A stretch of DNA of 64,000 nucleotides from a virus (lineage: Duplodnaviria; Caudoviricetes): the IMG/VR virus record IMGVR_UViG_3300031853_000025, positions 1-64,000 of that record; one strand, written 5' to 3'. Positions 9,810-19,479 of this stretch are shown here, in pieces (the stretch's first letter is position 1; the number at the start of each line of letters is the position of its first letter). Both the position numbers and the translations under genes were made by a program. The notes beneath the pieces were generated by a model. The model had not been told where the DNA came from. It searched no databases and saw only the letters and a list, made by a program, of their open reading frames with translations.

Positions 9810-9821
9810 TATATGATTGTT
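9810..9821 (-). promoter_or_regulatory. Late-type promoter AACA-N6-TA driving the fibre/rSAM operon
   Basis: AACA atcata TA upstream of SD AGGAGG of 9775. Confidence 0.65.
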
Positions 9822-9889
9822 CTTGGGGTTAAAAAGATCTTAGCGAACTTATAATTAAATTAATTGTTTATATTGAGGTGATAAATAAT

Positions 9890-11116
9890 ATGAAACGCAT
9901 GGGTAAATTAATTACAAATAAAACCGATGTAGATTATATTCTTAGCATTGATGAAAAGATCGGTACTAAGAAATCTACTATTATGGAATTATTCGGAGAA
10001 TTTAATGGTAAAAGAAGATTTAATACATATGATATGATTGATGTTCCCCCTGGAGCATATGGCCCCGAAGGTAGAAAAAATAAAAACAAATTTAGAACGA
10101 CTATTGGTATCTGGATTTTCAATAGAGTATTTATCGAAAGAGAATTATTCGATATGTATCACTATGTAAATAAAACCATTACCAAGAAAGTATTTAATAA
10201 GATTGCTAAAGAGATTACTTTTAAAGTGCTTGAAAATAAGTATCCTCTGGATGCATTGAAACACTATATGCTTAAATGCCAGAAGTTTATGCCTTACGTA
10301 ACTATTCTATCTGAAACGACTACAATGAAATTATTAACTATTACTCAAAAAGTCGAAGTCGAAAAAGCTAAACTCTTAAAGAAATATGAAAAAGAAGTTA
10401 AAGCTAAAGACCCATATGTAATTATTAAAATTCAAAATGAATTACTTAAAATGGCCGAGGACGAATTAAAAGATGATCCATCTATGGATATTTATCGTTC
10501 TGGTGCTAAAGAAAAACTTAACAACGACTTCAAGAATATGTATATCATGAAAGGTCTTACTAAAAACCCTGACCCAACTAAGGGTTACAACTTAATTACC
10601 TCTAGCTATATGACTGGTATTAAAAAAGAAGAATATGCTGATTTTGCTAACTCACTAGCCGAAGGCCCTTACGCTCGTGGTATTAAAACTGGTTTAGGTG
10701 GTTACTGGGAAAAATTAGCTTTACCAGCATATCAGCATATTAAAATGCTTCCTAAGGGAAGTGATTGCCATACAAAAAGACATATTAAAATTAAGCTAAC
10801 TAATGATAATTATGATAAATACATTTATAGCTTTGCTAAAGTTGGTTCTAAGTATGTAGAATTGACTAGTGAAAATAAATCAGATTTTATTGGCAAGGAA
10901 GTGCAATTACGTTTTTCTTCTCTATGTGAAGCAAAAGACGGTATTTGTAATATGTGCGGCGGTAATGCTTTTTATCGTCTTAGTATTACAAATATTGGTG
11001 CAGCCATTCCACAGGTTCCTGCAAAACTTAAATTAATTTCAATGAAAGCTTTCCATGATTCTCAGGTCGTAATGGAAACCATGGATCCAATGAAAGCTTT
11101 TGGATTTGATGATTAA
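9890..11116 (+). CDS. Phage multisubunit RNA polymerase beta' subunit, C-terminal part (408 aa)
   Basis: SGAKEK..MKGLTKNPD, bridge helix ARGIKTGLGGY, GSDCHT, Zn site LRFSSLCEAKDGICNMCGG and trigger loop ISMKAFHD align with bacterial RpoC. The GTG at 9878 is part of the SD GAGGTG. Confidence 0.9.
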   Translation: MKRMGKLITNKTDVDYILSIDEKIGTKKSTIMELFGEFNGKRRFNTYDMIDVPPGAYGPEGRKNKNKFRTTIGIWIFNRVFIERELFDMYHYVNKTITKKVFNKIAKEITFKVLENKYPLDALKHYMLKCQKFMPYVTILSETTTMKLLTITQKVEVEKAKLLKKYEKEVKAKDPYVIIKIQNELLKMAEDELKDDPSMDIYRSGAKEKLNNDFKNMYIMKGLTKNPDPTKGYNLITSSYMTGIKKEEYADFANSLAEGPYARGIKTGLGGYWEKLALPAYQHIKMLPKGSDCHTKRHIKIKLTNDNYDKYIYSFAKVGSKYVELTSENKSDFIGKEVQLRFSSLCEAKDGICNMCGGNAFYRLSITNIGAAIPQVPAKLKLISMKAFHDSQVVMETMDPMKAFGFDD

Positions 11117-11130
11117 AGGAGGTATTTATC

Positions 11131-12795
11131 TTGGGAGAAATCCATAAAAATTATCAAGTGCCAGATAAAATATCTTCTGATAAAGATGGTAATATTGAAG
11201 TTGGACGAATTATAACATGGAGGGATCCCGGTGATCCAGGTAATTTAGTTCCATCAAATCCTAGACATCCAGATGATAAAAAATATCCTAATGACCAACA
11301 TAATCGAGGTCATTCAACAGGAGATATGACATCAGATAATACAGATGAAAAATATACAAATAACTATGGTGAATCTGGTGTTGTATTAGGTGATAAGATT
11401 AATCATAATGCTGAAAAGTATAGACCGATTAATTTCGATAATTTAGTTCCAATTAAAATTACTACCACACAACAACAAAAAATGTTTAAGAATCTTTGTA
11501 TTCCATCAGCTATGCACGCATATTCTGTTGGGGTAGAATTCTTTAAACAATGGATATTAAATAAATTTGATCCAAAGTATTTTAAAACTGTCTATGTAGA
11601 TGGTAAACACCTATTCGATGATTTTTCTAAAATCAATGAATTAGATTTAGTCAAGAAAGGTAAACCAGCTATTGGATTCTTTCCTAATATTGATATTGAT
11701 TACAACCGTGAAGGCATTGAAGCACAAACATATGACTTAATGTATTACGCTAGAACGTTTGACAATAGAGATGCTTTCTTTAAAGATAATGAAAATAAAC
11801 TATATATCTCTATTGCCTTAGAGCAATATTTAATGAATTTCAATATTAAGATTAAAGTAGATACGAGAGCTAAGCAATTAGACTTAGCTAAGTATCTTAG
11901 AATTGCCCTTAAAGTTGGTGCGACAAGTGGGTATTATCTTGATTTAGATTTACATGTACCATATGAAATGCTATTTGCCTTAGCTGAGCAAGCTGGCTTT
12001 GAAGTAGACTATGAAACTGGTCAAGTTAAAGATCCATTTAAATTCTTATTATATTTGAATAGTAAATCAGACGTACCATTTGTATATAAATTACGCTCGA
12101 TCAATGGGATGAATGAATTCTTCTTACGAGCGCCAAATCTATATACACATATCAATGTACAAGATATGAGTATCGACGATGGTGAAAGACAAAATCAAGT
12201 TTCATCAAACTATTTTATTGAATTGAATGCTAAACTATTAATGCCTGCTCCTAAGATGTATTGCCTGTTTACTACAAAGAGAAACGATATTATTTCTATG
12301 ATAGATAAATCAGGGAATATCAAATCTTATGTGGCTAACTTTACAAATGTACCGACTTTGAACAATCGTGGATGGGAACAGTTTGTAACTCTAGATTACC
12401 AAGAGGAAGATAGAACTCGTCCATTAGTTATTGATTTAAATGAAATCTTCCAAGGTGAAAATAATATATATAGTCTTATCGAGTATAATAAATACAATAT
12501 GATTAGTCCATCTACATTTATTGATTTCAAATTATTCAATAATAATAAAGAATGGGACTATGATTTAGACTGGGATAATATGATTATTAAAACTAAGAAA
12601 CCAGTAGATTTTCAGCTAACTGAGATTGTAATATACATTGATAAAAATTATGTAAATACACAAACGATTACTATGAGCAATGATAGTAATTATAGAGTCA
12701 CGTATAACAAGACAGCTGGTAATAATACTAATGAATCTTTCCGTAGCCAAGAAAAAATGAAACGACTCCGTTTAGGCTTATTTCACAAAAAATAA
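11131..12795 (+). CDS. Hypothetical 554 aa protein, probably structural
   Basis: TTG start behind SD AAGGAGG, long clean ORF, no recognised motif. Confidence 0.6.
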   Translation: MGEIHKNYQVPDKISSDKDGNIEVGRIITWRDPGDPGNLVPSNPRHPDDKKYPNDQHNRGHSTGDMTSDNTDEKYTNNYGESGVVLGDKINHNAEKYRPINFDNLVPIKITTTQQQKMFKNLCIPSAMHAYSVGVEFFKQWILNKFDPKYFKTVYVDGKHLFDDFSKINELDLVKKGKPAIGFFPNIDIDYNREGIEAQTYDLMYYARTFDNRDAFFKDNENKLYISIALEQYLMNFNIKIKVDTRAKQLDLAKYLRIALKVGATSGYYLDLDLHVPYEMLFALAEQAGFEVDYETGQVKDPFKFLLYLNSKSDVPFVYKLRSINGMNEFFLRAPNLYTHINVQDMSIDDGERQNQVSSNYFIELNAKLLMPAPKMYCLFTTKRNDIISMIDKSGNIKSYVANFTNVPTLNNRGWEQFVTLDYQEEDRTRPLVIDLNEIFQGENNIYSLIEYNKYNMISPSTFIDFKLFNNNKEWDYDLDWDNMIIKTKKPVDFQLTEIVIYIDKNYVNTQTITMSNDSNYRVTYNKTAGNNTNESFRSQEKMKRLRLGLFHKK

Positions 12796-12799
12796 AGTT

Positions 12800-12832
12800 T
12801 TTGGAGAGAAGGGAAATTCCCTTCTCTCCAAA
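12800..12832. terminator. Bidirectional terminator
   Basis: 16-bp inverted repeat between convergent genes. Confidence 0.85.
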
Positions 12833-12839
12833 CTTTTAT

Positions 12840-13226
12840 TTAGCAGTCTTTAAGCCAGTTGTTGAGATCCTTTTTAAGGTCTCTTGTTTCATAATATTTA
12901 TGCCAGCAGATCTGTTTTAGAGTCTGTTCAAGAGATCTCTTCTGGTAAACGTTAAAACCTTTAGTGAAGTCATCGAAAGATTTTAAACGGTCAATTCCAA
13001 AATGGTATCCGCTTCCGGATTCAGTATAAATATAGATTTTTTTACCGTTTTTATCAAATCCCACAAAAGCCTTTCCTTCGACACTAGAAATGATAGAAGT
13101 TCCGGTTTCTTCACTTAACTGCTCTAACGCATTTGCTAAATGAAACAAATCTCTTTTCAACGGGCTATTGAAGATGTTGTTGTATGCACAAGAGACTGCA
13201 TTTTTTAAAGATTTAAGATTTAACAT
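12840..13226 (-). CDS. Early-cassette hypothetical protein (128 aa)
   Basis: ATG 13226 behind SD AGAGGAG, with its own early promoter. Confidence 0.75.
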   Translation of the reverse strand: MLNLKSLKNAVSCAYNNIFNSPLKRDLFHLANALEQLSEETGTSIISSVEGKAFVGFDKNGKKIYIYTESGSGYHFGIDRLKSFDDFTKGFNVYQKRSLEQTLKQICWHKYYETRDLKKDLNNWLKDC

Positions 13227-13314
13227 GGTATTTCTCCTCTCTGGGATCATAGACATTTTCTATTTAATCCCAATGCAAATGATTAAAATATGAATAGATG
13301 TGTATTCTTTCATC

Positions 13315-13333
13315 CATTCACAATTATAATATA
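13315..13333 (-). promoter_or_regulatory. Phage early-type promoter, copy 2
   Basis: TATATTATAATTGTGAATG. Confidence 0.75.
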
Positions 13334-13365
13334 TGAGCGAATATATTGAGTTTTCAAAATTTTAT

Positions 13366-13393
13366 CCCCCTAGAGGAATTAACCTCTAGGGGG
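13366..13393. terminator. Terminator hairpin
   Basis: CCCCCTAGAGG/CCTCTAGGGGG. Confidence 0.8.
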
Positions 13394-13399
13394 TATTAT

Positions 13400-13495
13400 T
13401 CATTTTAGAAGTTTAAATGCTGTTGTATCCGGTTCAGTATGCTTAACCGTAAAATATACTATAGCAAGACTAAAAAGAATAATAGGAAATAGCAT
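13400..13495 (-). CDS. 31 aa single-TM micropeptide, absent from the ORF track
   Basis: MLFPIILFSLAIVYFTVKHTEPDTTAFKLLK*. SD GAGGTG 7 nt upstream, late promoter at 13528-13539, terminator immediately downstream. Confidence 0.65.
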   Translation of the reverse strand: MLFPIILFSLAIVYFTVKHTEPDTTAFKLLK

Positions 13496-13527
13496 TTTAT
13501 AACACCTCTATTTAGATTATTTCTGAA

Positions 13528-13539
13528 TAGATTAGTGTT
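13528..13539 (-). promoter_or_regulatory. Late-type promoter AACA-N6-TA
   Basis: AACA ctaatc TA. Confidence 0.6.
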
Positions 13540-13549
13540 ATTATTAATT

Positions 13550-15121
13550 TTAATCATAATAGACCAAAGTATAATCAAATGGGATATGACCTGTACCAGT
13601 ACAATATACAGTAACTGTCTTGTTAGTTTTAATACACCAAATATCACCGACTGTACCATTTGGATTTGCCGTAGGAATTACAGATACGGAGAATGAGGTG
13701 TTTTCAAACTCGTGTTCAATGATAGTCCCGTTAGTCCCATTAAAGAAACCTGTACCAGTAACGATAGCATTTTTATTCTTTTTGTTTTCCAAGGCAATTC
13801 GTTCTTTATCTGTAAAGAAACGATTGTTTGGATCTTGAGTAATAATAGATGCCGGTAAATGATCTGGTAGCTTATAATTATTAGCCCCATCTTCAATAGC
13901 ATCTAATTTAGCTTTATCTTCTTTAGACATGTAGCCATTAACTTTAGATGTGGCTGGAACTGTGTCTAATTTAGAATTCCACCGCATCTTTTCTACATCT
14001 GATACAAAGCGGTTATACGCATCTTGTCGAATAATGCTAGGTTCATGATAAAGTGGATGTTCATAATAGTTAGCATTAGCTTGTACAGTATTGAGTTTGA
14101 TTTTATCATAATGACTCATCAAACCATCTAGTGTTTCATTAGCTAAGTTATTATTCGCTTTATTACCCCAGAGTCTAATCTGGTTATCTGTTACAAAGCG
14201 ATTCTTTTCATCTTGTGCAATAATAGATGGAGGAAGATGATCTGGTAAAGTAAAGTTAGTTGCGCCCTCTTCAATACCATCTAGTTTATACTTATCTTCT
14301 TTAGACATCAAACCAGAATACTGGTAAGTTACAAGTCTATCTTCTGCTTTGGCATTCCAATATGCTTTTTCTTTATCCGTTACGTGACGAATAGAAGAAG
14401 TATTTGGATGCACATAATGGTTAGCTTTTTTTTCAATTCCATCTAGCTTAGTTTTGTCTTGATGAGACATTTTACCATCTAATTCATGTGTAGCCATAGG
14501 AATTGAGTTTGCTGAAATAGGAATCCAGTTTTCTCCATCAAAACGATATACAATACCAGTATCGTTTACTGATACAGTCCAACCCTTTTGAGGAGATGGA
14601 TATCTAATAACGATGTCATCAAATCTTTCAACGTTTTCTTTCCAAGTATTATCATATTCTAATTGAGAGAATTTATTATTGATTTCTTCTTTAGAATATG
14701 TATTATTCCATTTGGTTCTATCAGCAGTGGAAACATGCAATGCTGTATTAGAAACGTGTTTATTAAAAACGCTATAGTTAGCATTAATAAGAGCTAAAGC
14801 CCCTTCTTGGTCAATCTTATTATCCCATGTTTCACGTTCTTTTTGAGAAATATGGATCTCAATATTATTTACATGGTCTTTTAAGATTTTATCATTTTTA
14901 AGAATACATCCTTTTTCTGCTGAATTAAGGTGGATGTTTTGGTTAACTAAGTGAGTTAAAACTGCATTATTATTAGCCATTACCTGCTTTAAGTTTAATG
15001 CATTAATCCCACTGTCTTTAGATACAGTCCCTGAATCATCATTAAATACTAAGATATTCCCTGGGGTGGCTGTACCTAAAACGTTATTGTTAATCTTGTC
15101 TAGCAATTTAGGTTTAGCCAT
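13550..15121 (-). CDS. Tail fibre protein with 4 GLMS.EDK.KLD repeats
   Basis: H..N..IH..E...W repeats and G(L/K/Y)MS..DK.KLD.IE.GAN.Y.LP repeats shared with 25178-30214. Confidence 0.75.
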   Translation of the reverse strand: MAKPKLLDKINNNVLGTATPGNILVFNDDSGTVSKDSGINALNLKQVMANNNAVLTHLVNQNIHLNSAEKGCILKNDKILKDHVNNIEIHISQKERETWDNKIDQEGALALINANYSVFNKHVSNTALHVSTADRTKWNNTYSKEEINNKFSQLEYDNTWKENVERFDDIVIRYPSPQKGWTVSVNDTGIVYRFDGENWIPISANSIPMATHELDGKMSHQDKTKLDGIEKKANHYVHPNTSSIRHVTDKEKAYWNAKAEDRLVTYQYSGLMSKEDKYKLDGIEEGATNFTLPDHLPPSIIAQDEKNRFVTDNQIRLWGNKANNNLANETLDGLMSHYDKIKLNTVQANANYYEHPLYHEPSIIRQDAYNRFVSDVEKMRWNSKLDTVPATSKVNGYMSKEDKAKLDAIEDGANNYKLPDHLPASIITQDPNNRFFTDKERIALENKKNKNAIVTGTGFFNGTNGTIIEHEFENTSFSVSVIPTANPNGTVGDIWCIKTNKTVTVYCTGTGHIPFDYTLVYYD

Positions 15122-15902
15122 AAAAAATATTATCCTCCTTTCGGGTAATGTCTTGCTGTTTCATAAAGCTAGATACTTGTAGAGCATAAGAAGCTTCTTC
15201 TGCTAATTTAATTAAAGTATCTATTTTTTCTTGCTTTGTTTTCTCATCAATATTTTGAAATTCAGCCATTAAGAAACCAATAGGTGGTTCTTCAAGTTCA
15301 GACTTATCTAAAATAGCAATAGCTATATAAGAATTAAGTGTGTCATCTTGGTTTAATAATAGCTTATCTACAATATTTAAGTCTTTAGCACTTTTAGTTG
15401 AAATAAAAATGCTGTTATGAAATAAATCACTAAGAAAATCATCTACGGCATTGATGGGGATATTTACTTGCTGTGGTTGTTTTAAAATAGTATTTGAGTG
15501 TGGTTTAAGAATCTCACAAATGCAACTCATCTTAATAAAAGGAAATCCGCTTAAGCTGTAGGTACCATTATGAAAAAGATAAATTGCAATCCGTTCAGCA
15601 TCTACCTCTTCGCAGGCTTTCTTTAGATCTGTTTTCAATAAAGTATTTAGTTTCACGTAAAGCTTAACTAATTGATTTGGTTTCTCTTCAATTTTCCTCT
15701 CAGCCTCCTGGCTTTGGTGTGTAACTTCGGCTGCAATTCGTTTATGAATAAATTCATCTTTATCTAAAAATTTTAAGAAAACTCTTAGGCTAAGAAGAAT
15801 AATTGCAAGAGAAAAGAAAACAGCCAAAAGCAAGAAGATTGCGAGTTCAAAAAATGGATCATTGGAGAGAATTAATTTAAAAAACTCTAAAATTGTTTCC
15901 AT
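15114..15902 (-). CDS. Single-TM protein with a GAF-like soluble domain (T4 gpT-like holin candidate)
   Basis: Hydrophobic helix at about aa 17-43, then AERIAIYLFHNG...PIGFLMAEF GAF-like pattern. Confidence 0.45.
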   Translation of the reverse strand: METILEFFKLILSNDPFFELAIFLLLAVFFSLAIILLSLRVFLKFLDKDEFIHKRIAAEVTHQSQEAERKIEEKPNQLVKLYVKLNTLLKTDLKKACEEVDAERIAIYLFHNGTYSLSGFPFIKMSCICEILKPHSNTILKQPQQVNIPINAVDDFLSDLFHNSIFISTKSAKDLNIVDKLLLNQDDTLNSYIAIAILDKSELEEPPIGFLMAEFQNIDEKTKQEKIDTLIKLAEEASYALQVSSFMKQQDITRKEDNIFYG

Positions 15903-15940
15903 TCTTTACCTCTTCTTTTAATTAAATTATATTACAAACT

Positions 15941-15952
15941 TAATTAAATGTT
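15941..15952 (-). promoter_or_regulatory. Late-type promoter AACA-N6-TA
   Basis: AACA tttaat TA upstream of 15902. Confidence 0.65.
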
Positions 15953-15984
15953 TTGTGAGGGGCTAGCGAGCTATGTTCTTTGTT

Positions 15985-17973
15985 TTATTTTTTACTAACC
16001 TGAATATTGTAGCTATCACCGTAAGTATTACCATAAATAAACTGTGTCTCTAAATTAGTATTTTCTCTAGGATGTAATTGATAGCGCAAATAATCTATAA
16101 ATAATTTTTCTTGTTCAGTTGGGAACGTTGGATTTAAAGTTATATTAATACCGCTACTAACAGCTTTATTTTTAATACTAATAACTGGTCTTTCTTTTAA
16201 AGTAATTATATTACCTTCTTCATCTTCTTCGGTGTCTTTATCATCAGCAAACTCCTTATATTCGTCACCAATATCTACGTCTTCGGTGACGAACGGTTCA
16301 CAGCAAAGCTTGTTAAGAAACTCTTCATTCTTTGAAATATTAAATGGATAATTGATGGCACTAATACCAGATAAATCTGTAAATTCTACTTTGATATCAC
16401 TAAAGATAAATGAATATAAAGAGTATGGTGTATCTAAGAAATCAACTACACCAGTCTTCCAATGAGACATATCTAAAATAATTCTTTTAAGATAAAGATG
16501 ATTTGCTACATATTCTCCTAAAGATTCATATCCATAAATAATTTTCTTATTGAATACATCAATAGCATATGAAGACAAATCTAATTTATTATTAATTGTT
16601 TTTGCTTTATATATTTTATCAGGGAAAGTTTCTTCTAATTTACAAGCCTTAATAATGAAATTAGTATACACTTGTCTTGGTCTAAACTCATTACCAACTG
16701 GTACACTATTGCTAGGCTTTAGTGTAACAAATCCATTTAAATTTACTTTATCATCAGAAGAAAATACTATAGCTGATTTACTAGCTTTAATATTCTTATA
16801 TGTAATTCCATTCGATAATGCTTCATCACGACCTGGATGAATTGTAGGCATCTTAGATGTGGTGGTGTTTGTGCTACCAGTTTTAAAATTACCATACGTC
16901 AAATTATTCGTTTTAGTATAATCATAAAATGCTTGAATATTGCCTTGGAGGTGTTTAACGGTAAAATTCTTAGTTTTACCGACATCTCCTAAAGTGTTTG
17001 TATACAATGGTTCGCCAAAGAATGCTGGAACACGGAAAGTATTTACTCCATCACCAGAAGAAAATAACCCAGCTGCAATATTATAGTTAGTATTATTTAG
17101 CTTATTCTTATATAAGGTCTTCCATTTATCATCAGAAACAACTAACCCTTGGGTTTGTGCGTATTCCCATAATTCAGGTAAGTCTTTTCTAAAATATAAT
17201 GATCCATCTAATGATACCCAACCCTTTGGGGGGCGTTTGCTCATACACATAGCAATTTCACCGACAGGCTGTTCAAATGATGAATCATCTGGAATATATT
17301 TAGATGGAATAAACCCATCTTTATCTAGCTTGACTGTATTATTACCACCAATCAATACCCACTCTTTACCATCAAAGAAGTAAGCATTATCAGTGTCAGT
17401 ATTAATATAGATTTTATTTGTTTCATCAGTAGAAATGATTTCTGAATTTCCTAAAGTATACGCTTTATCTAAGGTTTTATTCATTAAATATTCTAGACTA
17501 GCAGTTGATCTATCAGTCATTGTTAGATATGATGCATTAATCATTGGCTTCTTAGGGAAATTAGTCCCATCCACATATAAGAACCCTGAAGATTGAGTCT
17601 TATTCAACGTCATAGCATTATTAACTTTAGCTGTAATTTTAGCTGGATTATTAGCATAATTGACATGACCATATTCATCAAAATGCACTTCTAAATATTT
17701 GCCAGGAACCATATTTCCTGTGGGGTGAATATATTTATTTGCATTTTCATCAATAGCTGCTAATTTCTCTCTAGCTGATTGTGAGAAGAATGAACTTCCT
17801 AAACCAGCATATTCTGGAATTGTCTTAGAGTTATTATTCCATCTTTCTCTATCAGCTTGAGTAATATGTCTATCTTTATCTTTAGTGTGAGTGTAAATAT
17901 TATCAATCGTATTTGAAAATTCTTTAATAAACTCATGCTTAGTAAGTTTATCTTTATTATTATCGAATGCCAA
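15985..17973 (-). CDS. Tail fibre protein with a phage tail-collar domain
   Basis: PVGEI...PKGWVSLDGS...DLPELW...GDGVNTFRVP. Confidence 0.8.
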   Translation of the reverse strand: MAFDNNKDKLTKHEFIKEFSNTIDNIYTHTKDKDRHITQADRERWNNNSKTIPEYAGLGSSFFSQSAREKLAAIDENANKYIHPTGNMVPGKYLEVHFDEYGHVNYANNPAKITAKVNNAMTLNKTQSSGFLYVDGTNFPKKPMINASYLTMTDRSTASLEYLMNKTLDKAYTLGNSEIISTDETNKIYINTDTDNAYFFDGKEWVLIGGNNTVKLDKDGFIPSKYIPDDSSFEQPVGEIAMCMSKRPPKGWVSLDGSLYFRKDLPELWEYAQTQGLVVSDDKWKTLYKNKLNNTNYNIAAGLFSSGDGVNTFRVPAFFGEPLYTNTLGDVGKTKNFTVKHLQGNIQAFYDYTKTNNLTYGNFKTGSTNTTTSKMPTIHPGRDEALSNGITYKNIKASKSAIVFSSDDKVNLNGFVTLKPSNSVPVGNEFRPRQVYTNFIIKACKLEETFPDKIYKAKTINNKLDLSSYAIDVFNKKIIYGYESLGEYVANHLYLKRIILDMSHWKTGVVDFLDTPYSLYSFIFSDIKVEFTDLSGISAINYPFNISKNEEFLNKLCCEPFVTEDVDIGDEYKEFADDKDTEEDEEGNIITLKERPVISIKNKAVSSGINITLNPTFPTEQEKLFIDYLRYQLHPRENTNLETQFIYGNTYGDSYNIQVSKK

Positions 17974-17982
17974 TTAATTCAC

Positions 17983-19464
17983 CTACTCTCTGACCCTGAC
18001 ATATGCTGATACATATGTACACGCTGGGCAATTTTCGTCGCCTGTATTATATAGAGTGCTATTATCATACTGATAGACTTGGTTCTTTTCTTTAAGAGAA
18101 TCCATATATCCATCAGCTACAGCATTTTTTAAAGCTTTATAATCTGGAGAGTTTTCTTCTTTAAAAGCATATGGGAATGAATAATATGAACCACCATATT
18201 TAATATGCTTTGTGGCATCATCCCGTTTATAAGCTGACCATTTATCAAATGGGCTTTGCACAAACGATTCAGCTTCAGAGGTTTTGATAACTGAATTATT
18301 ATTTGAATTATTATATTTAATCATTGTATTTGTAGTCTTATCATAGAAATTAAATACTGGGAATTCACCAGAGATATTTCTAGTAGACTCTTTATAAAAA
18401 TGATTTTCATTAGAGTTAATATAAGTCTTAGCTCTAATATTAGCCATATGAATCTTTGGAAGAATAATAGAGTCTGGGGCATTATCTTGAGTTCTTACAA
18501 ACGCATAGCAAGATTTATATTTTGTACCAGTGTTTCTTTCCGTAGTATACATATTTAAATAATCGGCATAAGATATAGTGTAAATATCGCCTTTATCAAT
18601 TAAAGCAAATAATTCTGGATAGTCACTTCTACTAATAGTAGATCCATCGCATAATCTATATTTTTTATTATTTAATCCAGTTCTAGAATTGATGGTAATA
18701 ATATGACCTAATGGCATAGAGTTTTGACGAATCAGTGATTTATCAATCTTACCATCTGCGTTTAATGTAATCATATTAGCAGCAGCTAATGAGATAATAG
18801 ATTTCCATGATTGATCTTTATCATCATAATAATACAGCGTTTTATTATTCTGATTATAAAAAATCTTCTTATGAGAAGAAGGCCATGTAGTTCCTAAAGA
18901 TACAGCTGAATCGATAGCATATTCTTTTACTGTTTTTACATTAACCATCTTCTCAATATTATTTACATCATTTACATTAACATCTGGTGAAGATAATCTA
19001 AAGAAACTTGTAGTTGATGTAGGCAAGAATTTAGAATAGTCTAGTCCACCGAAAAAATAAACATTATTTACTGTAATTGGTAAATACCTAGTCTCTAATA
19101 CATCAGTGATATGGCCTTCATTAGAAACCTTATACATGTACGTATTTCTTAAAGCTGAGCCATTATATAATGGGTGAGAATAATTGTTTGCATTGTCTGC
19201 AATAGCATTTAATTTATCTTTCTCTTCTTGAGAAATTAGACCATCGGATGCTGTGGTTGCTAATGGATATCCTTTAAAAGAATTCCATTTTGCTTTCTCT
19301 TCTTTTGTAGTGTGTACTTCATTATTAGCTACATGAGAATCTGCTTCAGCAATCTTAGATTTTAAAATAAAATTTAGTTCTTTGCTAGAAAGCTTATCTA
19401 GCTCTGTATTAAACGTTTCATATGTACTCCACCATTTACGGCGGGTAACATCACTTAGACTCAT
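17983..19464 (-). CDS. Tail fibre protein with a phage tail-collar domain
   Basis: MPLGHII...RLCDGSTISRSDYPELF and the shared N-terminal module. Confidence 0.8.
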   Translation of the reverse strand: MSLSDVTRRKWWSTYETFNTELDKLSSKELNFILKSKIAEADSHVANNEVHTTKEEKAKWNSFKGYPLATTASDGLISQEEKDKLNAIADNANNYSHPLYNGSALRNTYMYKVSNEGHITDVLETRYLPITVNNVYFFGGLDYSKFLPTSTTSFFRLSSPDVNVNDVNNIEKMVNVKTVKEYAIDSAVSLGTTWPSSHKKIFYNQNNKTLYYYDDKDQSWKSIISLAAANMITLNADGKIDKSLIRQNSMPLGHIITINSRTGLNNKKYRLCDGSTISRSDYPELFALIDKGDIYTISYADYLNMYTTERNTGTKYKSCYAFVRTQDNAPDSIILPKIHMANIRAKTYINSNENHFYKESTRNISGEFPVFNFYDKTTNTMIKYNNSNNNSVIKTSEAESFVQSPFDKWSAYKRDDATKHIKYGGSYYSFPYAFKEENSPDYKALKNAVADGYMDSLKEKNQVYQYDNSTLYNTGDENCPACTYVSAYVRVRE

Positions 19465-19479
19465 AATAATTAACCTCCG

